From a virus (lineage: Duplodnaviria; Caudoviricetes), in the IMG/VR virus record IMGVR_UViG_3300012348_000186, positions 1 through 30,370 of that record: 30,370 nucleotides of DNA; one strand, 5' to 3'. The position numbers and the translations under genes are program-made. This document shows positions 9,195 to 16,778 of this stretch, in pieces; within the stretch, counting starts at the first letter, position 1; every line of letters starts with the position of its first letter. Under the pieces are notes generated by a model. The model was not told the DNA's origin. It searched no databases and saw nothing but the letters and a program-made list of their open reading frames with translations.

Positions 9195-9250
9195 ACAGGT
9201 ATGGATCGAGGCAAGGGGCTGAGATCCTCAATAGCCGATGGGAGCACGAC

Positions 9251-9514
9251 ATGAACCAGACCACCGACCGCGACGCGATCAACCCCCAAGCCCTCGCTGA
9301 GGCCATCACTGTGTGGCGCTGCGATCGTAGCGACGAGGCGGACATCGCCCTCGAAGCCGTTTTGCTGGAGCAGGGTATCATCACCCCCGACGAGGCCATC
9401 GAGCAGATCGAAGCGGTTCGCAATGGCAGCAGCGAGATCATCGGCCTATTCATCCGCCTCGAAAGCGACGAGATGTTCACCATCGATCGCGACGGCCAAG
9501 TCCACGCAGCCTAA
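9251..9514 (+). CDS. acidic early hypothetical protein
   Basis: 87 aa, GGGAG RBS, first gene after the promoter. Confidence 0.75.
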   Translation: MNQTTDRDAINPQALAEAITVWRCDRSDEADIALEAVLLEQGIITPDEAIEQIEAVRNGSSEIIGLFIRLESDEMFTIDRDGQVHAA

Positions 9515-9520
9515 TCCCTA

Positions 9521-9563
9521 TGTAGCACGGGCGACAGCAGACCAGCCAAGCCCGTGCTACAAT
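9521..9563 (+). promoter_or_regulatory. 12-bp inverted repeat overlapping an extended -10 element
   Basis: TGTAGCACGGGC-17 nt-GCCCGTGCTACA; TGcTACAAT at 9555-9563. Confidence 0.55.
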
Positions 9564-9601
9564 AGAATCTCAATCAATCAATAGTCCACAGGAGTTCCAT
9601 C

Positions 9602-10252
9602 ATGACGCGCACCACCAAAGCCAAGACAGCAGCCACCTTCGAAGTCCTCGCCGATTCCGTGCCCGAGACCGCGAAGCGCACACGCAAGACCCGCCAGCCC
9701 GTGAAGGCGCTGAACAAATCCGCCGAAGTAGTGGCCGCTAACGCCAAGGCGGAGCGAGACCGCAAAATCGCCAGCAAGAAGGCGCTCAAAGCCGCCACGA
9801 CCCCAAAAGTCGTCAAGCCCTCCAAGCCCGAGCCGATCGCGAAGACTGCAGACGCGAAAGCCGCTGAGCATGCCGCCTACGTCGCCGCCCTCCGGATCGA
9901 TGCCGAAGCCCTCGGGGTGGACCCCGATACCTACATCGCGGAGCAGCTGGCCGAAAGCCCCAAATCCGGCTACGTCGGCCCGATGCTGGCCCTCCGTACA
10001 GCCGTGAAGAAGTACGTCAAAGCCGCGAACGGCCAACCCTGCTGTGGCGACGATCTGGCCGAAATCTGTGGTGCCTACCCCCGCGAAGCGGTAGTGTCGG
10101 GCTTGATCACCGCCCTCGGACTGGCCGCGAACCCCTACGCCCATCTCAATCCCGGCCAGCAGTCGATGAACCTCCGCAACAAAGCACGGACCGCCCTGAA
10201 AAATGGCGTCGTGACCGCCGACCAGATCCGTGCCGCCCTTGCAGCCGCCTGA
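9602..10252 (+). CDS. Ala/Lys-rich early protein, paralog A (GQQSMNLRNK domain)
   Basis: AGGAG RBS; histone H1-like basic N-terminal half; C-terminal domain aligns with the 11703-12500 product. Confidence 0.85.
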   Translation: MTRTTKAKTAATFEVLADSVPETAKRTRKTRQPVKALNKSAEVVAANAKAERDRKIASKKALKAATTPKVVKPSKPEPIAKTADAKAAEHAAYVAALRIDAEALGVDPDTYIAEQLAESPKSGYVGPMLALRTAVKKYVKAANGQPCCGDDLAEICGAYPREAVVSGLITALGLAANPYAHLNPGQQSMNLRNKARTALKNGVVTADQIRAALAAA

Positions 10253-10260
10253 ATACACCC

Positions 10261-10280
10261 AGCCCCCCGAGAGGGGGGTT
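10261..10280 (+). terminator. GC hairpin with GAGA loop after paralog A
   Basis: AGCCCCCC-GAGA-GGGGGGTT; weak U-tract. Confidence 0.5.
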
Positions 10281-10292
10281 CCACGTGAAACA
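10277..10292. promoter_or_regulatory. parS-like palindrome
   Basis: GGTTCCACGTGAAACA, 15/16 match to TGTTNCACGTGAAACA; intergenic. Confidence 0.6.
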
Positions 10293-10305
10293 TCGAAAGC
10301 CCCAA

Positions 10306-10410
10306 ATGACCAAGCCCAAGACCACCCTCCTCGACGTACTGGCCGCAATCGCGATCGGCCTCGCCCTCTGTGCCGCCCTGCTGCACTCCCTCGACGCCCT
10401 GTTTCACTGA
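10306..10410 (+). CDS. 34-aa single-TM peptide (not in ORF track)
   Basis: MTKPKTTLLDVLAAIAIGLALCAALLHSLDALFH*, translated by hand. Confidence 0.6.
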   Translation: MTKPKTTLLDVLAAIAIGLALCAALLHSLDALFH

Positions 10411-10449
10411 AACGTCGAACCACAAATCTTTCACGAGAAAGCCCAAGCC

Positions 10450-10710
10450 ATGACTAAACGCACCACCTACGAAGACCTCCAAGCCCAACTCGACCGCCTC
10501 AACACTGCCGGACGCCTCGCACGGCTCCCCGAATACCGACTCGAATCCGGGTACGAGGGCCGATTCAAGCTGGTTGATGTGAAAGGTCGGGGTGTCCTCG
10601 GAGCCTCGACCGGACTCGGGACCGCCTCGATACCGAAGCGCGAACTACTTCAACGGATGGAGGACTTCACCCACGGGATCGAAGCCGTCTACCTCGCTTC
10701 AAGGAGCTGA
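10450..10710 (+). CDS. early hypothetical protein
   Basis: 86 aa, in the early gene run. Confidence 0.7.
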   Translation: MTKRTTYEDLQAQLDRLNTAGRLARLPEYRLESGYEGRFKLVDVKGRGVLGASTGLGTASIPKRELLQRMEDFTHGIEAVYLASRS

Positions 10711-10713
10711 GCC

Positions 10714-10803
10714 ATGCGAATCCCGCCTGAACTGCCGACCTACCTGCTCTGGTTTTATGGCGGTTACCTCGCCGGAGCCATGGCCGAACGATTTTTAATG
10801 TGA
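10714..10803 (+). CDS. 29-aa hydrophobic peptide (not in ORF track)
   Basis: AAGGAG RBS at 10701; MRIPPELPTYLLWFYGGYLAGAMAERFLM*. Confidence 0.55.
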   Translation: MRIPPELPTYLLWFYGGYLAGAMAERFLM

Positions 10804-10824
10804 AACACAACCGAAGGAACCCTT

Positions 10825-11301
10825 ATGAAAAGAGCCATAGCCCTCTATAACCTCGCAAAAAGCCTAGTCGATCAATGTATCGACGAACGCGGAGACCGAA
10901 CCGACCTGATCGAATACGTGAGCGGCAAACGTCCAGCCCTCTCCAGCCTGAGCAACGCCGAAATCGCCGACCAACTCGAATTCGTCACGGGCGACGAGGA
11001 CGTCCAAGTCACGGGCGGAAAAGCACCGGACGCAGTGCGCCCCATCGACCTGTCATTGAGCCGTCACGAGGCGATCCTGCTTTCAAGTCTAATCCTCGCC
11101 CGATCCGAGCCGCTGGCCGCTGGAATTACGAAGACCATCTACCCCGATACCGAAGCCGGACATTTCGCACGGTACTGCGATAATCGTTACCTGACCGAAT
11201 TGCGGGAGATGGCCGACCGAATCGACGAGCGAATCCGCGAACTGGATGTTGTAAAGAAGCAACAATACGCACAGGAGGGGTTGACAGACCCCGACGACTG
11301 A
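10825..11301 (+). CDS. early hypothetical protein
   Basis: 158 aa, AAGGA RBS. Confidence 0.75.
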   Translation: MKRAIALYNLAKSLVDQCIDERGDRTDLIEYVSGKRPALSSLSNAEIADQLEFVTGDEDVQVTGGKAPDAVRPIDLSLSRHEAILLSSLILARSEPLAAGITKTIYPDTEAGHFARYCDNRYLTELREMADRIDERIRELDVVKKQQYAQEGLTDPDD

Positions 11302-11309
11302 GTTACAAT
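11281..11309 (+). promoter_or_regulatory. sigma70-type promoter
   Basis: TTGACA-17 bp-TACAAT, followed by hairpin GGTGTCGG-8 nt-CCGACACC at 11313-11336. Confidence 0.8.
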
Positions 11310-11361
11310 AGAGGTGTCGGTAATGGAGCCGACACCAATAGTTCGATAGGAGCACCGAAAA

Positions 11362-11604
11362 ATGACCGCAATCACCCAATACTCATTCGACCCGCTGGTC
11401 CACTACGACGCCGGAGTCGATTTTCAAGCGTCCAAGGCGAAAGCCCGAGCCGAACGCGATGCCCGTCTGCGTGAAATGCGCAAGGAAGGCGTGAACGCCA
11501 AAGGCTGGACCCTGACCGGACAACTCCGGAAATGGAGATCCTTCGGTAACGAGTGCGGCATGGTCCGGCCCGTCTACTACATCACAGTCTACCCGACCCC
11601 CTAA
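11362..11604 (+). CDS. early hypothetical protein
   Basis: 80 aa, AGGAG RBS. Confidence 0.75.
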   Translation: MTAITQYSFDPLVHYDAGVDFQASKAKARAERDARLREMRKEGVNAKGWTLTGQLRKWRSFGNECGMVRPVYYITVYPTP

Positions 11605-11702
11605 TGACGAACCCCCAGCGGACCGCCGAATTACTCGCGTCAGCGGTCCGCATTTCGAAGTCCCGCGAGAACACATTCATTGTAGAACCTTGGAGAAACA
11701 TC

Positions 11703-12500
11703 ATGGCCCGTACCCCCGCTCCCAAAGCCCCCCGCCCAATCAAACAGCTTGGAGTGCCGAAGCACGCCCGACACGCGAAGATGCAAGCCGAAGCCGCGAA
11801 GCCCGAAACCCCCGTTGACTCGACCCCCTCCACTGCTGTACAATCGGGGTTCTCCGTTTTTAACCCAACCCCCGTGAAGGAAAGTATGATGAGCACAGCT
11901 GACGCAGAAAAAGCAACCAGCAAAGCGCTGGACGCCGAAGCCAAAGCCGCCGCAAAAGCACAGCGCGAAGCGGACAAGGCAGCAAAATTGAAAGCCGCCG
12001 AAGACGCGAAAGCCGCAAAGATCGCCGAACGCGAAGCCAAAGCCGCTGCAAAAGAGGCCGACAAGCTGGCGAAAGCCGAAGCCCGAGCCGCTGCAAAAGC
12101 CGAACGCGAAGCCAAGCTGGCCGAACTCGGTCCCCAAAGCAAGATGTCCGCCCTGCGTGACGCGAAGAAGAACTACGTGAAGTCGGCCACTGGTCAACTC
12201 CGCGCAAACGACGAATTGGCGCAAGCGCTGGACGCCGTGCCCCCGCTCAAGGTCGTGCCTCTGGCTATCGAACTGCTGCAGTTGCCCGAGAACCCCTATG
12301 GCCGCTTGAACGTGGGTCAGCAGTCGATGAACCTGCGTAACAAGTTGCGTGGCGCTCTGAATCGCAAAGTGTTGACCATCGAGCAGATCGTTGCCGCACG
12401 TGATGCTGGTGGCTACGCCCTGACCGCTGAAGAGTTGGCCGCTCGTGCACCCAAGCCACGCACCGCCAAAGCCGAAGCCGCTGAAGCTGTCGCGGCTTAA
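11703..12500 (+). CDS. Ala/Lys-rich early protein, paralog B (alternative in-frame starts at 11604 and 11886)
   Basis: AKAAAKAEREAK-type repeats plus NPYGRLNVGQQSMNLRNK domain; GGAG before 11703 and AAGGA before 11886. Confidence 0.8.
   Translation: MARTPAPKAPRPIKQLGVPKHARHAKMQAEAAKPETPVDSTPSTAVQSGFSVFNPTPVKESMMSTADAEKATSKALDAEAKAAAKAQREADKAAKLKAAEDAKAAKIAEREAKAAAKEADKLAKAEARAAAKAEREAKLAELGPQSKMSALRDAKKNYVKSATGQLRANDELAQALDAVPPLKVVPLAIELLQLPENPYGRLNVGQQSMNLRNKLRGALNRKVLTIEQIVAARDAGGYALTAEELAARAPKPRTAKAEAAEAVAA
11815..11844 (+). promoter_or_regulatory. internal sigma70-type promoter
   Basis: TTGACT-18 bp-TACAAT, about 40 nt upstream of ATG 11886. Confidence 0.6.
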
Positions 12501-12566
12501 TTGCCGCCGAGGACTGGCCCCCCTAAGGGGCCGCATAGCCCTATAGTTTATCGCTGGAGAATTGAA

Positions 12567-12803
12567 ATGTTAGAATCATTCTGGTCTTGGGTCAAGCAAG
12601 TGTACGGCACTCCGAGCGCCGAAGCGCTGGCGCTGCGAGAGCTTGAAGAAGCGAAGCGCCGACTCCTTGAAGCCCAGACCGCCAAAGAATACGCCGACTC
12701 GATGTGTAAATACCGCGAGTCCCAAATCAAACGCCTCACCGCCTACCTGCGTGACGCCCACGAAGCCACCCCCATCCACATCCACCTTGGAGATATCAAA
12801 TGA
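12567..12803 (+). CDS. coiled-coil hypothetical protein
   Basis: GGAG RBS, ATG 12567; PSAEALALRELEEAKRRLLEAQTAKEYA. Confidence 0.75.
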   Translation: MLESFWSWVKQVYGTPSAEALALRELEEAKRRLLEAQTAKEYADSMCKYRESQIKRLTAYLRDAHEATPIHIHLGDIK

Positions 12804-13060
12804 GCCATGGCCGCGAACACCTGATCATGAACCCCGCTGGAGTCTTCCAGTTCCGAGAGCTTGAAATGATGATCCTCGATCACCTGAAGGCCACCGGACA
12901 ACTGAAGGCCACGCCCGACGAAGCGCACGCCCAACAAAACGCAATCGGACTTGGAAGTATGATGATCGACCTGATCATGGTCGCCGACAATCTCGGGCTT
13001 GACATCACCCAATGCCTCGCCACCGCCTACATTCACCGTACCGGAAAGGCACCAAAATGA
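12800..13060 (+). CDS. degenerate MazG-like (all-alpha NTP-PPase) protein
   Basis: C-terminus GSMMIDLIMVADNLGLDITQCLATAY..RTGK resembles the phage MazG-like tail, but the EExxE motif is absent. Confidence 0.45.
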   Translation: MSHGREHLIMNPAGVFQFRELEMMILDHLKATGQLKATPDEAHAQQNAIGLGSMMIDLIMVADNLGLDITQCLATAYIHRTGKAPK

Positions 13061-13326
13061 ACAAGCAAAAGTACATCATCGAGATCATCGAAGTCTCGGA
13101 ATGCCCCGTCGAATGGGTTCAGAAGAGTGGCTGGCCGGGTCTGGGTATATATAAGGTCAAAGGAGAGAGTACCTCGATATATCACGTCCAAGAGCATGGT
13201 GTGAATTATATTTCTTTCCCAGACGCATTCATGGTGCAACCACACAAAGAGTCCGGTGAAGCCGTCAGTGAGTCTTTGCTTTTGAAGGCGATTACTGCTG
13301 CCAGCCGTGCGGAGACGCTGAAATGA
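13057..13326 (+). CDS. hypothetical protein
   Basis: ATGA coupling at both ends; start MNKQKY at 13057. Confidence 0.7.
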   Translation: MNKQKYIIEIIEVSECPVEWVQKSGWPGLGIYKVKGESTSIYHVQEHGVNYISFPDAFMVQPHKESGEAVSESLLLKAITAASRAETLK

Positions 13327-13493
13327 ACCACACGGAAGCCGAGTACATTAATGCCGGGTTCCACTACGAACGTGGTACGTGGAGCAGTTACACGATCATG
13401 AAAATGGTCGAGTCCGAGCGGGTCGAGGACCGAGCCGAAGCGCGACGATTGATCGAGCGTGGACGCCAAGAAGCACGGGAGAAGCAGAAATGA
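13323..13493 (+). CDS. 56-aa hypothetical protein (not in ORF track)
   Basis: MNHTEAEYINAGFHYERG...EARRLIERGRQEAREKQK*; ATGA overlaps at both ends. Confidence 0.75.
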   Translation: MNHTEAEYINAGFHYERGTWSSYTIMKMVESERVEDRAEARRLIERGRQEAREKQK

Positions 13494-13732
13494 TCGACAC
13501 CTATTTCGACCGAGTGGATGCCGCCACTGGTTATAAGTCGACTCCTTCACGGCCAGTCCAAGAGGATCCCCGCTACTACAATGGTCAGCTATACGCGACG
13601 ATGATCAACCGAAACGTTGCAGAAGCGAAAGATCGACTGGAGCGATTCATTGATTCACGTGTCGCGCACCATCGTTTCGAGATGTGGCCAGAGTGGAAGA
13701 TGGCTAGACTCAGGGCGAAAGGTTTCGCATGA
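13490..13732 (+). CDS. hypothetical protein
   Basis: Start MIDTYF at 13490 with GGGAG RBS and ATGA coupling. Confidence 0.7.
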   Translation: MIDTYFDRVDAATGYKSTPSRPVQEDPRYYNGQLYATMINRNVAEAKDRLERFIDSRVAHHRFEMWPEWKMARLRAKGFA

Positions 13733-14097
13733 TCGGCTGGGGTAACATTCCGCTCATGATCGAAGACACTCTCCGGTCTTGGGGTCCGATGACTGGACAA
13801 GAGATGGGCGAATTCCTCGACATCCCGGTCGACATCATTAACAAAACGCTTCGCCGAATGCGCCAGCCGTCGTTGCGGAAGAAGCCACTCGGAGAGCGTC
13901 GAGTCCACATCGTCGATTGGGCACCCGAAGCCGAAGGGCAGCGCGATTACCCTCGACCGATCTACGCTGTTGGCCATGGAGAGCACAAGAAGCGGCCACC
14001 GAAGAAGCACCGAAACGCAGTCGTTCGCGATTACAACCGATCGAAGAAGGCCAAGACCCGCATGAATTTTGTTTTTAACCTTGGAGGCTTGACATGA
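13729..14097 (+). CDS. putative winged-HTH DNA-binding protein
   Basis: GPMTGQEMGEFLDIPVDIINKTLRRM...YPRPIYAVG and a basic tail. Confidence 0.6.
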   Translation: MIGWGNIPLMIEDTLRSWGPMTGQEMGEFLDIPVDIINKTLRRMRQPSLRKKPLGERRVHIVDWAPEAEGQRDYPRPIYAVGHGEHKKRPPKKHRNAVVRDYNRSKKAKTRMNFVFNLGGLT

Positions 14098-14330
14098 CTC
14101 ACCCACCCAACTACAGCAAAGCCGGACGTGACCAATTCCGACGAAAATGCGAGTGGTACACTGCCATGCGGAACGCCCTCTATTTTTATGGATGGGGGAT
14201 GTACGAGCACGCCATGGAACAACAATTCGTGGCCTACGCTATCCGCGACGAAATCGAAGCGGCCACCCCGCTCGATGGCAAAGATTGGTTGTTCAGCAAC
14301 TACCTTTACCGACTTGGAGAATGTGAATGA
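14094..14330 (+). CDS. hypothetical protein
   Basis: GGAGG RBS, ATGA coupling. Confidence 0.7.
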   Translation: MTHPPNYSKAGRDQFRRKCEWYTAMRNALYFYGWGMYEHAMEQQFVAYAIRDEIEAATPLDGKDWLFSNYLYRLGECE

Positions 14331-14581
14331 GCAAATACACTAGAATCATCAAAGGTGTCGAAGTCGATGTCTACGATGTTTTGCAAGCGTGGGAAGTCAA
14401 GAATCCGGCACTCCAACACCTGATCAAAAAGGCACTGCAGCCCGGAGCACGTGGGCATAAGACACTCGAAAACGACCTGACCGACATTCTAGTCTCCGCT
14501 CATCGAGCGATCGAACTGGAGGGATTCAAGTCAAGAAACATCGAGAAGCCCTACGACTGGTCACAACACGAGCCATCATGA
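14327..14581 (+). CDS. DUF3310 / T7 gp1.7-related small protein (possible nucleotide kinase)
   Basis: VDVYDVL.AW.V.NPALQHLIKKAL..G.RGHK....DL..I..S..RAIELE resembles the K-Y-x-x-R-x-G-x-K...DL family pattern. Confidence 0.5.
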   Translation: MSKYTRIIKGVEVDVYDVLQAWEVKNPALQHLIKKALQPGARGHKTLENDLTDILVSAHRAIELEGFKSRNIEKPYDWSQHEPS

Positions 14582-16347
14582 ATAAAATCACCATCAAGTT
14601 CGACCCAAAGACGCGACGCCTCGTGATGACCGTCCCGTTCTACTTGGCCGACGCCGCACGCGAATTTCCCTCGCGAAGATTCGAGCCGAAAACCAAGACG
14701 TGGCGATTGCCGCTCGTGAAGAGCAACATCCAGCACCTCTCCGAGGTTCGTCGGAAATTCGACTTCGACATCACACCGGACGCCCAAGCCGCGATCTCGG
14801 ATTACGAGAAGCTGACAGCCGCACCGAAGAAAGTGCCGTTTCCACAGCACATCTACGACTTCACCAAGTCCGAGACTGGTTACAACCCGATGAAGCACCA
14901 AGTTAACATGCTTGACACCTCTTGGGGTCTCCGAGCGTCCGCTTGGTTCGCCAAGATGGGAACTGGAAAGACCTTCGCCACGATCCACCTCGCCTTCGCC
15001 CGATGGGTCGCCGGAGAGATCGACGCCGTTGTTATCGTTTGCCCCTCCACCCTCCGCTCCGTGTGGCGCAAAGAATTCGCCAAGTTCGCCACCGGACCCT
15101 ACGAGTTCCGATCCCACGAGCAGCGCGCCAGCGGGTACGACGAGTACTGTCGAGATACTCCCCGTGACCGTCTGCAGGTTCTGGCCGTGTCGGTCGAGGG
15201 TTTGGGCATCTCCGCTGGTCTCTACGATTCAGTCTGCCAGTTCTACGCCCACCGTAAACGCATCTTCACAGTCTGCGACGAGTCCAGTCGAATCAAGAAC
15301 CCGGACGCCAAACGCACCGAGCGGACCATCGAGCTTGGACGGGTCTCCGATTACCGCCTCATTCTCAACGGCACTCCGATCGCCCTCGGTATTCAAGACC
15401 TCTGGAGCCAATTCGAGTTCCTTGACCCGAACATTATCGGGATGGGCGATTATTGGGCATTCAAGACCCGCTACATTGTAAAAGGCGGTTACGAGAATAA
15501 ACAGATCGTTGGATTTCAGAACGTCGACGAGTTGATGAACATGGTTGCCCCCTACACGGCAGTTGTCGGCAAAGAGGTATTGGACCTGCCGCCCAAGGTG
15601 ATGACCGAGCGATTCATCGAGATCACTCCCGAGCAAAAGAAGCTGCTGAAACTCATAACCAAAGGAACAAGCCCGGATCCGAACGCTCCGTATATCAAAG
15701 CCGAGAATGTGCTCGAAAAAGTGTTGCGTGCGAGACAGATCGTCGGTGGGTGGCTACCGAAAGGCAAAATCACGATGGCTGAGGTAGAAGGGCAGATGAT
15801 CGAAACGGTAACGACCGAACTGGTCCCGCTCGACAAGAACCCGAAGCTCGACGGACTGCTTGAGTTGATCGAAGACAACTACGTCGGCTCGAAATTCATC
15901 ATCTGGTCCACTTTCGTACACGAGATCGAAGCAATCCGGGATGTGTTGAGCAAGAAGTACAGCTCCACGCAAGTCGAATGCTACTATGGCGGTACGGCGA
16001 TGGAAGACCGCTCCCGCATTGAGGATCGCTACTGTAAAGATCCGGGTCTCCGCTTCTTCATTGGTCACCCGACCGCTGCTGGCTTGGGATTGACCCTGAT
16101 CTCGGGCGAGAACGACGTGATGGTCTATTATTCCGGGACGAACGCTTACATCGACCGAGCACAATCGGAAGATCGCGCCCACCGAATTGGCCAGAAGAAC
16201 ACGGTAACAATCGTGGACCTGATCGCTGAGAAGACTGTGGACGAAGTGATTGTTGAGTCGATTCGCGGAAAGATGGACATCGAAACGTTTGTGACGACGA
16301 AGATCCGGGATGGCGGTAACATCACCGACCTGCTCGTCAGGGACTAG
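14578..16347 (+). CDS. SNF2-family (SF2) DNA helicase
   Basis: KMGTGKT, VCDESS.IKN, LNGTP, DLWSQFEFL, LPPK, GLGLTL, QSEDRAHRIGQ. Confidence 0.93.
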   Translation: MNKITIKFDPKTRRLVMTVPFYLADAAREFPSRRFEPKTKTWRLPLVKSNIQHLSEVRRKFDFDITPDAQAAISDYEKLTAAPKKVPFPQHIYDFTKSETGYNPMKHQVNMLDTSWGLRASAWFAKMGTGKTFATIHLAFARWVAGEIDAVVIVCPSTLRSVWRKEFAKFATGPYEFRSHEQRASGYDEYCRDTPRDRLQVLAVSVEGLGISAGLYDSVCQFYAHRKRIFTVCDESSRIKNPDAKRTERTIELGRVSDYRLILNGTPIALGIQDLWSQFEFLDPNIIGMGDYWAFKTRYIVKGGYENKQIVGFQNVDELMNMVAPYTAVVGKEVLDLPPKVMTERFIEITPEQKKLLKLITKGTSPDPNAPYIKAENVLEKVLRARQIVGGWLPKGKITMAEVEGQMIETVTTELVPLDKNPKLDGLLELIEDNYVGSKFIIWSTFVHEIEAIRDVLSKKYSSTQVECYYGGTAMEDRSRIEDRYCKDPGLRFFIGHPTAAGLGLTLISGENDVMVYYSGTNAYIDRAQSEDRAHRIGQKNTVTIVDLIAEKTVDEVIVESIRGKMDIETFVTTKIRDGGNITDLLVRD

Positions 16348-16373
16348 ACACGGGTGCAGGAGTCTGGTACAAT
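16345..16373 (+). promoter_or_regulatory. sigma70-type promoter for the replication/Z operon
   Basis: TAGACA-17 bp-TACAAT with extended TGn; shares TACAATAGAGG with the 11281 promoter. Confidence 0.75.
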
Positions 16374-16405
16374 AGAGGCACTCGATAGGACATAGGATTT
16401 TTGAA

Positions 16406-16762
16406 ATGAGCAAAGTTTGGATCATCAAAGAACAGGTTATCCGTGGCGACACGGGACCGATTGTGATGGATTACTCAGCCGCCATGCAGTTTGGCGAGTT
16501 GCAGTTCATCACAAGCCACGACATGCCCATGTACGGAAAATCGAGCGTACTGGACATGTGGAACGAAGACGTAAAACGCTTTGTGGACGAGTACGACGAG
16601 TACGCGGACTACATTGTGACCACTGGTCAACCGACCGCCATTTTCGGTATCGGATGGGCTTTGGGTGTTGCTGAAAAAACCCCTCGATTCCTTGTGTGGC
16701 GTCGGGAAGAGGGTAGGTATCGTGTCGTTAATTTTGACGCCGCGACTTTTGTTGACGCTTGA
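16406..16762 (+). CDS. phage hypothetical protein (alpha/beta)
   Basis: DYSAAMQFGEL...DYIVTTGQP...LVWRREEGRY; TAGGA RBS. Confidence 0.8.
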   Translation: MSKVWIIKEQVIRGDTGPIVMDYSAAMQFGELQFITSHDMPMYGKSSVLDMWNEDVKRFVDEYDEYADYIVTTGQPTAIFGIGWALGVAEKTPRFLVWRREEGRYRVVNFDAATFVDA

Positions 16763-16778
16763 CATAGGAAATAGTAAA

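Noticed and set aside
8239-9254. Several 60-130 aa ORFs in the control region
   Set aside because: Low-complexity translations of repeats, no SD, mutually overlapping
12024-12115. 17-bp direct repeat GCCGAACGCGAAGCCAA as a recombination or mobile-element signal
   Set aside because: Explained by the AEREAK peptide repeat in the coding sequence
9578-12536. Long minus-strand ORFs 9578-10423, 11582-12142 and 11640-12536
   Set aside because: Shadows of the Ala/Lys-rich plus-strand genes; promoters and RBSs all point to the plus strand
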